From positions 23,817,971 through 23,881,970 of the forward strand of contig OZ316892.1 of assembly GCA_973895155.1 (NCBI GenBank): 64,000 nucleotides of DNA, in the 5' to 3' direction. Origin of the DNA: Marsupella aquatica (lineage: Eukaryota > Plantae > Marchantiophyta). The position numbers and the translations under genes were made by a program. The notes under the pieces were generated by a model. The model ran no database searches and had not been told where the DNA came from. It was given only the letters and a program-made list of their open reading frames with translations. Below, piece by piece: positions 1-12,330 of the stretch. Position 1 is the stretch's first letter, and the number at the start of each line of letters is the position of its first letter.

Positions 1-59
1 GATCAGACATCCAAATTAATCACAGTCACAACATCCAAATTAATCAAAACAGTAAGACC

Positions 60-400
60 TTGTTGCATCCAAATTAATCAAAATCATAACACCTTCATTA
101 TAGCTATTAACTAACTCTATAATTGGTACAACCAACTTGTTCCACTCCTCCAAACTTATTAAACCCACGATTGCTATACTTAGTGGACCTCCAAAGGCAA
201 CAATTGGTGTGTCAAGTAAAAAAGTTGTTTTTGGGGGACCATTAAGCATATCTCTCCCTAAACCCTTCCTCTGCAATCCAAATTGATCAAAATCATAACA
301 CCTTCATCATGGCGATACTTTAACTCGCCATAATTGGTAGAACGAACTTTGTTCCACTCCTCCAAACTTTATTAAACCCACCCCTCCTAAACCCTTCCTC
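60..400. repeat. Diverged tandem duplication (~210 bp period)
   Basis: atcaaaatcataacaccttcat...ttgttccactcctccaaact..attaaacccac occurs at ~77-168 and ~286-381; atccaaattaatca recurs in the first 80 bp. Confidence 0.7.
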
Positions 401-2348
401 CGCAGGGCAATTCTCCCTTCCTCGCCTCGCATCGCATCCGACTCGTCGGTGAGGGAGAATGGCCGACTGCCGACGATGCTGCTGTCTATGGTGATCTCTC
501 AGCCGCCCGCCCATTCCCTCGCTCCCGCACTCAAGTACTCACTGTTGCCGTATTTCCATCGGCATTTAATAAGTTGGCGAGGAGGTCTGATCTCTCATCC
601 CGGTGATTGCGATTCCTCATTCCTCATTCCTCCCAGCATCATCCACAATTCCACATTCCAAACCAAACAATAATTTCGGTGATTCAGTGACCGAGAATCG
701 GTACATCGACGACCGACATCGCCCCCTTGACGTGCGTGCGACCTCGCAGCCCTCGATAGAACAGTCGTTTCGGCCCCTGTGGAGGAGGAGACGGAGTCGG
801 GGCTCACTGTTGTTGACGATGAAGAAGAAGATGGTAGCGGATGACAATCGCCCCAGGATGCATGGATTTCGTCTCGATTCCAAGGGAAAAAGAAGACGGT
901 CTTCGCCTGGTAGTAGGGCTTTCAGCAGCAGAGCAGAGCTAGCAGTCTTGTCGTGCTGCGTGTCGGCTCAGTCGTCGTATTTCCAGAAATCCCGCTCCAA
1001 TTCGGTCAAAGCTTGATTCCTTCTCGCTGCGCTGCTGTGTTGTTTTGAGTTGTTCAGCACGATGTTCAATTTGCGGCCGCCTCGCCTCCTCCTCCTCCTG
1101 GACTCCTCGAGGTCAGGGCGCAATTGTATTAAATCGGCAATGCACTTCTTCTTCTTCTTCTTCTTCGTGGACAACGACGACACTCACTTCATCAACCCGA
1201 GCTCAGTGAATGCCTAGTTTCCCTACAGCAAGACCCCTTGTTCGCGAATCTATATTAAATTCGGAGCAGCATCTCACCGTCAGTGTCTCATCGGGCGGCG
1301 TTGAGAAGATATTCTAGAAGCGGATGCCGATAGAAAATATTTGTTCGCATGTGGGCTCGCGGAGATGAGGAGAATCGTGAGTGAGTAGGACCTGGTGCCC
1401 TCCTACAATAATTATAGGGGAGAGGAAGAAGGGAGGGAAGGCGGGAAAGGACGGCAACGACGACAATTCGCAGGAAAGAACGACGACACTTCGTGTGGGG
1501 AACACACCCTCGTCGTGATCAGAAAGGCTCTGTTCGCCTTTACCTTTATCGGTGGGTGCGTCTTTGCTGTCCCGGAAGAGAGCTCTGTTTGGCGAGACGT
1601 GGGTGGATGATTGGAGAGACTTCACTACTGTGCCATCCGCTTAGCATTCGTGGGGGAGGGAGGGACGGGCCCGTTGCAGAGCAGAGCTCTACAACAACGT
1701 AGGGGAGGAGGAGAGGAGATTGCTGACTCCCAATTCCCGTCTGGAGTTGATATGAGTTGTGCTCTAATTGATAGCCAAAGAGGAGCACAAATTGCCAGAG
1801 AAGGGTGTGACTGCCGTTGTCCAGTGGGGACGCAAGTATCGTAGTGCTGGCAAAGCGAGGACAGATGGGGAGCGGTGAGCATGAGCTGGAGATGACGAAT
1901 CTAGTGGAAGATTAAGGTACTCGATGGCGTGTGTTGAGAGCGAAACAGCAGAGTTCTAGGAGGACCTACTGTAGAAAGGTTTGCATCAGAGCGGCAGGGC
2001 AAAGGAGCCTGCCTGCTCTTTGAGTTGGCAGAGGCTCGAAGGCATCTAGCAGTCTGGTAGAGTACAGGGAAGTGGAGGGCATCGAGTGCGGCGAAAGCGA
2101 AGCAGAACAAGCTGAGCAGAGCGGAGGTCGTTCGTTCCTCGAAGAAGGGCACCATGCGGGAGGTTGTCCATGTTTCGTGATTCGATCCGGACTCTTTGTA
2201 AGATTGATTACCTCTAGGTCTGTGTGTTTTCTTGGGATGTAGTAAATGTTTGCGTTCCGATGGGTTGAAATTCTCGGACGTGCAGTATTATTGTCGTAGA
2301 TCTGGCCAGGCGGTCTGGCTTGTGTGAAGGAGCTTGAATCGCCCGCCC

Positions 2349-3944
2349 ATGGCCATAACCCTGACGAGCAGTCTACCTCTTGCTGCGTTGAGCAAAGCTC
2401 ACGGCTTGGTCGCATCAGCTGTCTCTTCGTTTGCGGACCACCAGGGGGCTCGATCATCGTCCAGTGCGGTGCATCCCGTGATGGCACCGCCACCAGCATC
2501 ATCGGCTCCATGTTCCATTTCTGGCCTGACTGGCGGTGCAGCATCTGTTGCGAAAGAAAGCGAAGTGGATGACGAGAACAGAGGCGCAGATGTGGAATTG
2601 GTCCCCTTTATAGGCAACGGTCACGCCGAGAGCCACCAGAACGAGAAGAACGCTACTGATTTCAAGCGCTGCAGTGGTGGATCCCAAATGGAAAATTTTC
2701 ACACACAGATGGCGACGGGGGTTTGTAGTTTTTGTTATAGTTCAAAGGGCAGAGTCGACCGACTCTGCCGGAGGATTGTGAAGCCGTTCCCAAGAGCGGT
2801 CACCCGAAGTACATACGAGCTTTGCTGCGGGTCGAAGCTGTTCTTCTTAATGCCATTAGTTCCCATCACTTTGTTTCTCGTCCAATTTGGTCTTGGACAC
2901 GGGTATATTTTCGCGTTCTCCCTGCTGGCAATCGCGCCTCTCGCAGAACGTCTCGGCTTTGTAACAGAACAACTCTCCGCCTTCACAGGGCCGACCATTG
3001 GCGGTCTATTGAATGCCACGTTCGGGAATGCCACAGAGATGATTATCTCCATGCTTGCCCTTCGCCAGAACATGATTCGTGTAGTACAGCTCTCTCTCCT
3101 CGGGTCCATTCTTTCTAACATGCTGCTCGTGCTAGGATGCGCGTTTTTCTTTGGTGGATTGGCAAATAATCAGAAAGACCAAACGTTTAACAAGGCAGCT
3201 GCTCTTGTAAGCTCTGGGTTGTTATTAATGGCAGTGATGGGGCTGCTGTTCCCAGCAGTTTTGCATGCTACACACACAGAGATTCACGACGGAAAGTCAG
3301 AGCTAGCTCTCTCGAGATTTTCTTCCTGCGTAATGCTAGTTGCATATGGGAGTTATCTCTATTTTCAACTGAAGTCGCACAGACAGTTGTACGATTGTGA
3401 GGAAGAAGAGGATGACGATGAAGAGGAAGGGGTGCAAGAACAGGAAAAGCTCGGATTGAAAGGGTGGATAGTCTGGCTGGGAATTTTGACGATTTTGATT
3501 TCACTACTCTCGGATTGTCTGGTGGACGCGATACACGGTGCCTCAGAAATGTGGAATGTTCCCGTAGCTTTCATTAGTGTGGTGATTCTACCAATTGTGG
3601 GGAATGCAGCCGAACATGCCAGTGCAATAATGTTTGCTGTGAAGAACAAATTGGACATCTCACTTGGGGTGGCTATTGGATCTTCTACTCAAATTTCTAT
3701 GTTTGTGATTCCGTTTTGTGTTGTGGTTGGGTGGATCATTGGGACGGACATGGATTTGGATTTCCAGCTATTCGAAACGGCAACACTGTTTAGTACAGTG
3801 CTGGTGGTTGCAGCCGTGGTTCAGGAAGGGACATCAAACTACTTCAAGGGATTGATGCTCGTGTTTTGCTATCTCATTGTTAGTGCCAGCTACTGGGTTC
3901 ATGTTGATAATAACCTTGACGAAGGCGCGACGGGTAGGGGGTAG
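2349..3944 (+). CDS. CAX: Vacuolar cation/Ca2+:H+ exchanger (CAX family), single exon
   Basis: Uninterrupted ORF with c-1 GNATE and c-2 GNAAEH motifs, acidic loop EEEEDDDEEE, LDISLGVAIGSSTQISMF, many hydrophobic segments and a long N-terminal extension; first in-frame ATG at 2349. Confidence 0.95.
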   Translation: MAITLTSSLPLAALSKAHGLVASAVSSFADHQGARSSSSAVHPVMAPPPASSAPCSISGLTGGAASVAKESEVDDENRGADVELVPFIGNGHAESHQNEKNATDFKRCSGGSQMENFHTQMATGVCSFCYSSKGRVDRLCRRIVKPFPRAVTRSTYELCCGSKLFFLMPLVPITLFLVQFGLGHGYIFAFSLLAIAPLAERLGFVTEQLSAFTGPTIGGLLNATFGNATEMIISMLALRQNMIRVVQLSLLGSILSNMLLVLGCAFFFGGLANNQKDQTFNKAAALVSSGLLLMAVMGLLFPAVLHATHTEIHDGKSELALSRFSSCVMLVAYGSYLYFQLKSHRQLYDCEEEEDDDEEEGVQEQEKLGLKGWIVWLGILTILISLLSDCLVDAIHGASEMWNVPVAFISVVILPIVGNAAEHASAIMFAVKNKLDISLGVAIGSSTQISMFVIPFCVVVGWIIGTDMDLDFQLFETATLFSTVLVVAAVVQEGTSNYFKGLMLVFCYLIVSASYWVHVDNNLDEGATGRG

Positions 3945-6900
3945 TCAGCACAGTCAGAGTATCCATTTGAGAGTGCTCTTAAGCTGGAAATGAAAGAATG
4001 TTCAGGGAACTACTTAATGTAGTGGGCCTTCAGCTATTAATCAAATAGGAAAAACCGATTTTCTTGAGTTTGGTTACAATATACGAAAGGTCTTGATGGC
4101 GCTAATATTCAAAAGGGCTAGTAGCGAATGGCATTTGTACAATCATACACTTCAGTAAGTGGTCCCCGCTTTAGGTCTTGGGCTTTTTGCAATAAGAGCA
4201 CAGATCAATGTAAGATACATCAAAATGAGCACACACATTGTATGCCAATTTTTCTTGTCCCTCCAATTGAGTTACCATTCAGGGAGTGTTGACTGTTGAT
4301 CTCTACTGATGTTTTCCACTCCATCGTTGAAGTAGAGATGTTACTGTGTGCGGGAAGATGGCAATGCAAACCACGCAATATATTGAAACTAGGTTGTCGA
4401 AGTGAATCAATTGTGCAATTATGTAAGTTGTGTTTCGTCTGAGAACTCTCTGCTTGCCGAATTTGTGGAGAACTCCATTGGTGCAGTTGTGGTGCATAGC
4501 ATTCGTGTGGACTCCTACTTTATTCAAGACTGACAGGATTTCTGGACAAGTTCGGCCCACCCCAGCATATTTCCACATTTATTTGAACCTTGGATATCTC
4601 TTTATATGTTTCAAGGTGGTAAAGTCAGGCGGTCTCCCCAATCTATCAAAGTCAGACTTCCATGTAAACATGAAGTGATGTTACCTACCCTACCTCACCA
4701 TCTTTTGACTTACGGATAAATTGCCCTCGCCCAGTCATGGTGTCACGTCAGTCACTACGACACATGACAGCAGAACACTGGTCGCCGGCGAGGAGGTATC
4801 GGTTTGGTGAAGACTCTTCCTTTCGCTCGTAACGTAATTCATGGATAGCAACCCCAGATGTTATTGGGCATGAATCACTCTTGCATTAGGATTGCTGCTC
4901 AGTTTCTTTAAGCGAAAAGTAACCAGAATAAGGGGCAAGCACAATGGGTACCTTGGATTGTAATTGCTCCTAAGGGTTTCCTTCAGCCAAGCACAACGGG
5001 ATTACTTGGCATCAAACCCCCCAGAAATTACTGAAGACCGCTCTGCAAAAGTCGACTTTTATAACAGCCAGGCTACACCTTGGGACATCAGTCGAGATAT
5101 ACCAAATCGCCAGGTGATGCTTGGGACATCGGTCTTATATTTTGGGACATGAGTCCAGATATACCAACTCGAGCTAATCGATCAGATTGAAGCGAGCTGG
5201 GTCTGGCCCGAGTGAAGCATGAACAATTCATTCCAATCGGTGAGCTTCTAAGAGACCACCCTACTATGTACAAGCTCAATTCAGCGATTCGTTGATTCGG
5301 ACAACGGAACCCTAAATTAACGAGCACTACAAGAACAAGAACGGTGACTGTTTTTCTCGATGCGAAGTAGAAAATCGTGTCGAGCCCTTCTGTACAACAC
5401 TGTACCATTTGAGAGTCAACTCGTGAGTTCCCGCAATTGCGCAACAGACTCCCCCCAATTGAGCTCCTCGAGCTGACGAGGAGGAGACGTGCAGGGAAAC
5501 GAGTGAGAAGTGATGAATCAGGTGTGCGTTTAATTAAATTATCCAGAACGTCGCCGCAGTTCTGTCCGATGAGGTGGCAGCCGCTGAAACGGACGAATGA
5601 TCTCATTCATAATTCATTTCCAGGGATTCGGGTCGCAATGCTCGCCGATGAGCTCGGCAAAGATGGTGCAGCATCGTGAGTGGCAATTGAGGGTTCGGTG
5701 TTTCGCGGTGACTTCCCTCCGCGTCTTCGGAGCGATCCTTTGACGTGCAGATCACGAGTGAATGACTGTTTCGAAGCAGTTTCTCGGTTTCCAGTTGGGT
5801 GGCTTGCATCAATCAGTCATACTTCGTGGAGGAGAACGAGATGCACTGAGGTCCGCCATAGCCGGGGTGGGTGGTGGGTAGTAGTCCCTGGTCCTGCGAT
5901 TCATGGACAGGCTTCTTTGTCACTGGTTCGGCAAAAAGGCACCTATTTTATTATTCAACCGAAAGTGACACAACACTCGTTCACAATTCGTCAACAATGT
6001 CTCTTTTACTGATATTTCTGTGTATTTTATGGGGAAATATTGCCATCAGATTAGTCTTATTCACCACACTTAAATCAAATGCCTTCAAAAATTTTCTCTT
6101 AAATGTATTTTTCTGTACTTAACTTGGGGAAATAATGCACTCTCATGTTGCAAGGACATTTTGGGATTGTTTGTTGGATGTTGATGGGCATTCAGTTGTG
6201 TATGTAGTCTTTGCTCAATAGGGTGCCTGGAGATGCAGAATGTACAACTGGGTAACAAGGCACAATCAGGTGCTGGGCCTATGGCCTGCTGGTGAGGGTA
6301 GCATCGAGGTGAGTTGCTGGAGGGTAGACACCAGGGTGCAGACCCAGGCCTCTTAGTTTCTGTAAGGCAAGATTTGCCTGAATCATGCGGTGGAAACTCA
6401 AGAAAACATATAAATTTTATGTAGATCTCCTGGGCACACAACCCTCCCTACGGGGCAAGTTTTGAAAAAGATTTTTAATTTCTTATAATGACTTTAGACC
6501 TAATGAACCATGCCAACTTCATTTTAGTCTAGAAACTCTTGTACCTCTCAACTCGGCTCTCAACTTGAAGAATCCAATTAAAGATGTAACTTAAAACAAA
6601 AACCTAAAGTAACTTGGTTTGATATGAAAACTTGATTGAGACCAAGTTATATATAGGGGAGATTTGTTTTCCTTAATTCTGACATAAGCAATCTACCTGT
6701 TGATGACCTAATAGATATCCTAAACTTGTTGATTGTGTCTTTCAATAGGTCCATCTCAACATGGCATTTGCAACTGTAACACTGACATATTTTGGTCCTT
6801 CATGGTGTGGATGTAGTATGGCTTCAGGTTTTGGAAGGACCTCAAGAGGGGCCTCAAGCCTATAGGAACCATATAGGCCATACAAGGTGGAGCCTATATA

Positions 6901-7489
6901 ATGCCTATATAAACCCTAAACCAATTGCAAAACCTAAAAAAAACTCAACCTGCAAAATCAAACGACGGCAGATTGTATCTCAGGAATTTTTTGTCCCAAA
7001 TTAGGTCTATGGACCTAACGTACAGACAAACAGTCAGGCCACTACGTAGTTAATTAACTATGATCCAAAATGCACTCTATGCAATTAATTTGATGCAATA
7101 TTATTTTCTTTAACATAGGAGAATTACTTACCTCTGTATCCTCCAGCTAGTGCTTTGAATGAAGAATGCACTCCTTCACTCCCAATGGTAATCTGGTATG
7201 TACTTTTTGGAAGAAGAAATTTGAGTATGGGCTTCCCAAAAACCTTCAACAATCTTCTTCACACACTTCAGCTGAGATCTTGTCACTCCGAGTTTTTCGC
7301 TCATCCATATGACATCTTGCTAAAGAATTCTCGATCATCCAGTTGCTTTCTTGTTGCTGATGCTTTGTGAAGGTTCTGTCTTTTGATACCCAAAGCTATG
7401 GCCAATGAGGTCTGGGCGCGATTAGATACTTGTGGACTGTCCTACCAATGCTATTAGCAGTGCTCGCTTTGTAGCATCTTCACTTGGTT

Positions 7490-8640
7490 AAACAACTGCA
7501 TTCCTTGAGTGATATATGCACTTGTGTCTTGTACCACTGGTTTGGAAGTGGTTGTTGGAGTGACAAATGCAATCTAGTCCTTAAGCACTAGATTTGGTGT
7601 TGCTCCATGCACTGGAAATGACAACCCTACAGGACTACTTCCAAATGTCATTCTAATGGTGCAATGGTTTGCAAAGCTGGTTTTTTGTACAACCTCCCAG
7701 ACTTGTTGCCCTAAGTGAAACATTGGTACATAGAAGAGTCCCATACAACCTTGCACAATCCAAGCAATGGCAATTAAGGATCACTTCATTGACCTCAGTT
7801 ACAAAAGATTCTATACAAATATGCTAACACTAGTGTTTGAGTAACCATAGTGTTGGGTGCAAGGGCCAACTTTATGCAAATAACTCCAAGACCATGCCAA
7901 CTTCTTGGGGGTTTCATTTCCACAAAAATGACATATCATGTGCGACGAAGTATATAATCATTTTATTGGTTCAAAGGGAAGACTTAAGAGTTTTATGAGA
8001 AGAACAATTAATAGGATCTTTTAAATCTAATTTTGAGATTTATAAGAACATTAGAGGGGTTGAATTTTATTTTTTTCTTACATTTTAGGGGGTCCGAGAC
8101 CTAAAAATGTCGCAGGTGATGGGGAGGCATCCATATAGTGAGACCCCCGAGGCCAACTTCCAAGTTCTTTGGTGTGATAGCTTCTCCAACTGGGTAAACA
8201 ATTGGGGAAACAACTGTATCCCTTGAGTGAAGATATAATTATGAACTTGTGTGTTTTACCACGTACTGGTTTGGAAGTGGTTGTATATTTGGAGTGGCAA
8301 ATGCAACTACATTTGCTAGCTAAGAGTTTAGGGTTTAGGATTAAGGGTTTAGCAGTGTCTTACTAGATTTTGAGTTGCATTGCTCCACCTAGTGGAAATG
8401 ACACATGCATGAAGCTACTTCAAAATGTCGTTACCATGGCAATGGATGGAAGGTTTTGTTGTTTTTTTCAATCTTGCAGACGTACTTGTTGCCCTTAAGT
8501 GAAGCCTTGGTATACAAGGGTACCCCAACAATGTTAAACAATCACCACTGACACTACAGCCAAGATCATTTAAAAAAAGTGTGAAACCATTCTCACTAAT
8601 GTTTTAACAAAGTGACAAAGTGTTGGGTGCCGACCAACTA
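7490..8640. repeat. Old diverged direct duplication (7490-7870 vs 8205-8640)
   Basis: Shared blocks ccttgagtga, actggtttggaagtggttgt, ggaaatgaca, acttgttgccct, agtgttgggtgc in the same order. Confidence 0.7.
7904..8151 (+). mobile_element. MITE copy 1 (TIR CTCGGGGGT[T/C]TCACT family), 8-bp TSD GCCAACTT
   Basis: gccaactt|cttgggggtttca ... gtgagacccccgag|gccaactt. Confidence 0.9.
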
Positions 8641-8664
8641 GACTGAAGCAAAGTTTTCATCATG

Positions 8665-8920
8665 ATCGGGGATCTCACTATATAGAGGCCCCCCCATCAC
8701 CTGTGACATTTTTAAGCCTTGGACCCCCTAAAATTAATGTAATTTTAAAATATTTCTTTAAAAATGAACCCTTATGTTCTTACTAGACTCAAAAATATAT
8801 TTTAAAGACCCTAAAGTTCTTAATTCCACAAAATTTTCTAAGTCTTCCCTTAAAATCAATAAAACTACTATTCTTTGTCGCATGTGATGTGTCGTATCTA
8901 TGGAATTTGAAACCCCCTAG
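8665..8920 (-). mobile_element. MITE copy 2, inverted and more decayed
   Basis: atcggggatctcactatat...ggacccccta...gaaaccccctag is the reverse complement of the family; TSD not clean. Confidence 0.75.
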
Positions 8921-9412
8921 ATTTTCATGGACCACATTTATTCCAAATGCCAAGCTCCTTTGGTGCAATAGAATGTGCAACTTTTTAAAGAACTAAGTTC
9001 CTTGTAATTGTCTTTGTATAAATTTTACCACTGAGTTGCAGGTGACCGTTGATGAAGTGGCATCTTGGACTCCCTCGTAGACTGATCATGATAGGCCTTT
9101 TGTCTTCAATCTCAGGTGTCGTGCATATCTCTTCGCAGTTTGCTATTTCATCTTCTGCTTCACTTACCATCATCATCTCAACTGTCTCGTAAATTGCATG
9201 AACATTCCTTGCAGCATTTGATCCATATTAGAGAGATCTTGGAAGGCAGACTTGATGAATCCCTAAAACTGTTCAAATTGGTTTCGCTTCGACTAGGCCC
9301 AACCTCTAGTTTAACTGCGACTACCTTTCACGCTCAATCTACCTCAATGCAAAATTAGAAAACAATGCTCAATCAAAATGCCCAACATTCCTTGTTCAGA
9401 TTTATTCCATGG

Positions 9413-9510
9413 TCACTTCCACAATGTTGACATCATGTGGGAACGAGGTAATTAAGGGGCATTTTATTCATTTTAGGGAAGTACTTAGAAGTAGCGAGGA
9501 AGAAAGTAAG
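9413..9510 (+). mobile_element. Diverged relative of the MITE left subterminal region
   Basis: cacttccaca...ggggcattttatt...agggaag.acttag resembles the MITE left end; no TIR pair seen. Confidence 0.4.
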
Positions 9511-11429
9511 GGGGTACCAATTCAACAAGTGTCACTTGTCATCACATTGCTTGTCACATGTCAATAATGATTGGTGGGGTTTTTGAGATTCCTATTCCAG
9601 AGAGAGAGTGGTTAAATGGGGGTCTTCTCACAAGATATACAACAATTTCATAAGATGAACCCCCCAAGGCACAAGCATGCCAAACCCTCGCACTTCAGAA
9701 GTAGTGTAGCTTAACTGTGGTTGTTTCTCTTGAGTTAGTTTTGTTAAATATTTGTCTCCATTTGGTTGCCAGCAGGGCCGCGCCCAGCCCACTTGGCCTC
9801 GCCCCCTGTCTGCCGCCTGGGTACGAGTTCCATGTCATGTGTCCCTGCCCTTTCAGTGATTGATTATTATCATGCAGTCAAACCGTGAGATTCATACATT
9901 TCATCTCTTGTATATTCTGTCTTCTACATCGGCGAGTTGTGTTGTGTTTTTAGATTCACACTTGGTCAGTCGAATTGAACGCCTGATTCCCCCAACCAAT
10001 CTGAAACGCTACTTTCGTTTCTTGGCCCTATACAGACTGCAAAAAGAGACCCACAATTCCGGCCCTGCCTGGCAGCTAGAGAGCTTTCCAATGGATTAGT
10101 GAACCTTAAGGATCGATCTGACACAGAGCCCGACACAGAGAATGGACAAAACCTTGCGAGAGTACCCCGCAGAGTAGCTTAACAGGTTGCGACAATGACA
10201 TTGAAGACAAGAAAATTTGTGGTCCGACAGTCATGCAGTATGAATATTGAATCCCTACCTAGCTACGTACAATAGAGGGAGACTTTTCTGTTTGAAGAGG
10301 GGAATGCCAGTATTTATAACTAGTTATATTTTTATATGCCATCATTAATCAGCTGAACTGTCCATCACAATAATCCCAACATAGCTTGTTGCATAGGATT
10401 ATTTCATCTCGATCTAGAGAGTAATGGTGATGTTAACTGACTCTGAAGCTTAATTTGTCGAGATGGGGTCGGATATGTCTATGGCGAGTGTTTGGGAGCC
10501 CCTCCCCCGTGCTTGGTAGAGCAGTTCAAGCAGTTGAGTTCTGCCTCCTGCTCATTAGCAGTTAGCCAAAGTAGAACAGAACTCCCGAGATTTACCTCGA
10601 AGGTTGGAACGTCACAACGTCCATGGAGTCAAATCAGCAGTTTCCATGGGTCACCTTTCCTCCAACCATTCATGCTTGAAACAGTACGACGATGTCCTGA
10701 CCTAGATATCGATCATAGCTAGCTACTACTCCGATCTTCAAACTTAATTTCATGATAAAGGACGGTCCAGTCTTAGGGTTTTAATCATGGCAGTGTATCA
10801 TCTAACTGAAGGACGATAACCAGATCGACAGACACATACAACTCGGAAATATCTGACCGAGACATATATAATTCATTTATGGTCGGCACCCCTCTCCCTC
10901 TCGGGAATAACGGATGGAATACCCCCTTCAGCCGGCCGGTGTGTCATTCGAGCCTAGAAGTACGCTTTGCAAAGGTACATCCGAGTTGCAAATGTCCAGA
11001 TCTGCATTTCATCAAACTTGAAGGTCCATCCGGGCTTCAACCCCTCTCCCCTCTCGGTCTCTAGCAGTTTGCAAAAAGCATATTTGAAATATTTGAACAC
11101 TGAAAGGACTTGAAAGGGCCGGACTCTCAATTTCGACTTTCAAGGTCGACTTAAGAATAGAAAGTATATGCGCACCATATCATGAAAATTTTCCAGCACA
11201 TATATTTGCAATGAAACCAAACATTCTGTAAGACAAAACTAATCTTTATTTAGGCCGGCCCTCTCCATAAGGAATATGGTTCTCAAGGCATTTATTAGTT
11301 ATTTACCCACCAAGAGCTGCTGCACCAGGCAGCAGAGAACTGCTCGAACTTATATCATGCAAGGACTATCTGGCGGGAAGCTATATAACCTGGCCTGCAG
11401 TGTGGTAACTTGGTCTCAATTATCCCTGG

Positions 11430-11894
11430 CTAAACTGTCGGAGGGGCCTGTTTCCAGCCAGCTACAAAGATATAATTCACTCCTGGATTGACATTGTCTT
11501 CTATAAATAGTCCCGAATCGGAAACCATCCACGAGCAATCCGAACAAACTTCGGGCATCAGTGGTGCTGAGTTACCACTTGCCCACACCACTCTGTTTAT
11601 CTGTCTATTATCTGGAGAAGAGGGGACTCCTCCCATAGGCGAAAAAACACAGCTGTATTGCTGATGAGGACTTGGATCTAAGTTATCGAGGCTGAAAAAG
11701 GGTCTTTCAGCTTCGCGAAGAGCCGCATCGAGTATCCCTATCTGCAAGTAGTCATTCTGACAGAGAACGTGCAATCTCTCTCCAGTTCTCATGTTGTTCC
11801 AAACACTGAAACCCGGAGGCTCGGCATTAGCAGTAAACGTCCCCAATGCAAGGAGCATCCCAAAGGCCAGACAAATGGCGCTAGTTTTGTCCAT
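11430..11894 (-). CDS. Small secreted S-protein homolog (SPH / plant self-incompatibility S1-like)
   Basis: Signal peptide MDKTSAICLAFGMLLALGTFTANA; SPH-like pattern V-x-N...L-H-V-L-C...IG...Y-S-C-V-F...C-S-D-C-S-W-x-V-x-x-x-G-L-F with four mature-region Cys; 154 aa. Confidence 0.7.
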   Translation of the reverse strand: MDKTSAICLAFGMLLALGTFTANAEPPGFSVWNNMRTGERLHVLCQNDYLQIGILDAALREAERPFFSLDNLDPSPHQQYSCVFSPMGGVPSSPDNRQINRVVWASGNSAPLMPEVCSDCSWMVSDSGLFIEDNVNPGVNYIFVAGWKQAPPTV

Positions 11895-12323
11895 GTTCAG
11901 TCTGGCAGCACAATAACGATAGGTCTGGTCAGATATACGGAAAACTAGATCTAGCTACAGCAACACACTTCAGACACGCACAAGATGTACAGATAATAAT
12001 CGATCAGGGCACCTCCTAAACTAATAATCGATCCAAGTAAAGATCGATGTGAAGCTGCTATGCATGTACACTTGTGCACAAAGGAAGGTATATGCTACTA
12101 CTCTCAAGCCAAGGAAGAACTTCAACGAGGATCCCAACGTAACTGAATCCAACAAGAGAGTATCACCTGCTTGTGCTACAGATCATGACACTCCAAGCCA
12201 ATTCAGCTCAGACAAGGCCGGGCAGATATTCCGTCGGAAACAAAACTTGATCGATCAATTCTCTTCGAGAGGGGATGGCTCTAGCAACAGGAAACGAATG
12301 CAGAGGTCTTCTCGCACCTTCTC

Positions 12324-12330
12324 TTATATA
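12324..12330 (-). promoter_or_regulatory. Probable TATA box of the SPH-like gene
   Basis: TATATAA on minus strand ~430 bp upstream of the ATG; a splice-acceptor-like TTATTGTGCTGCCAG just before the ATG suggests a 5'UTR intron. Confidence 0.5.

Noticed and set aside
400-2330. Many short overlapping ORFs
   Set aside because: GC-rich low-complexity upstream sequence, mostly non-ATG starts, no recognisable domains
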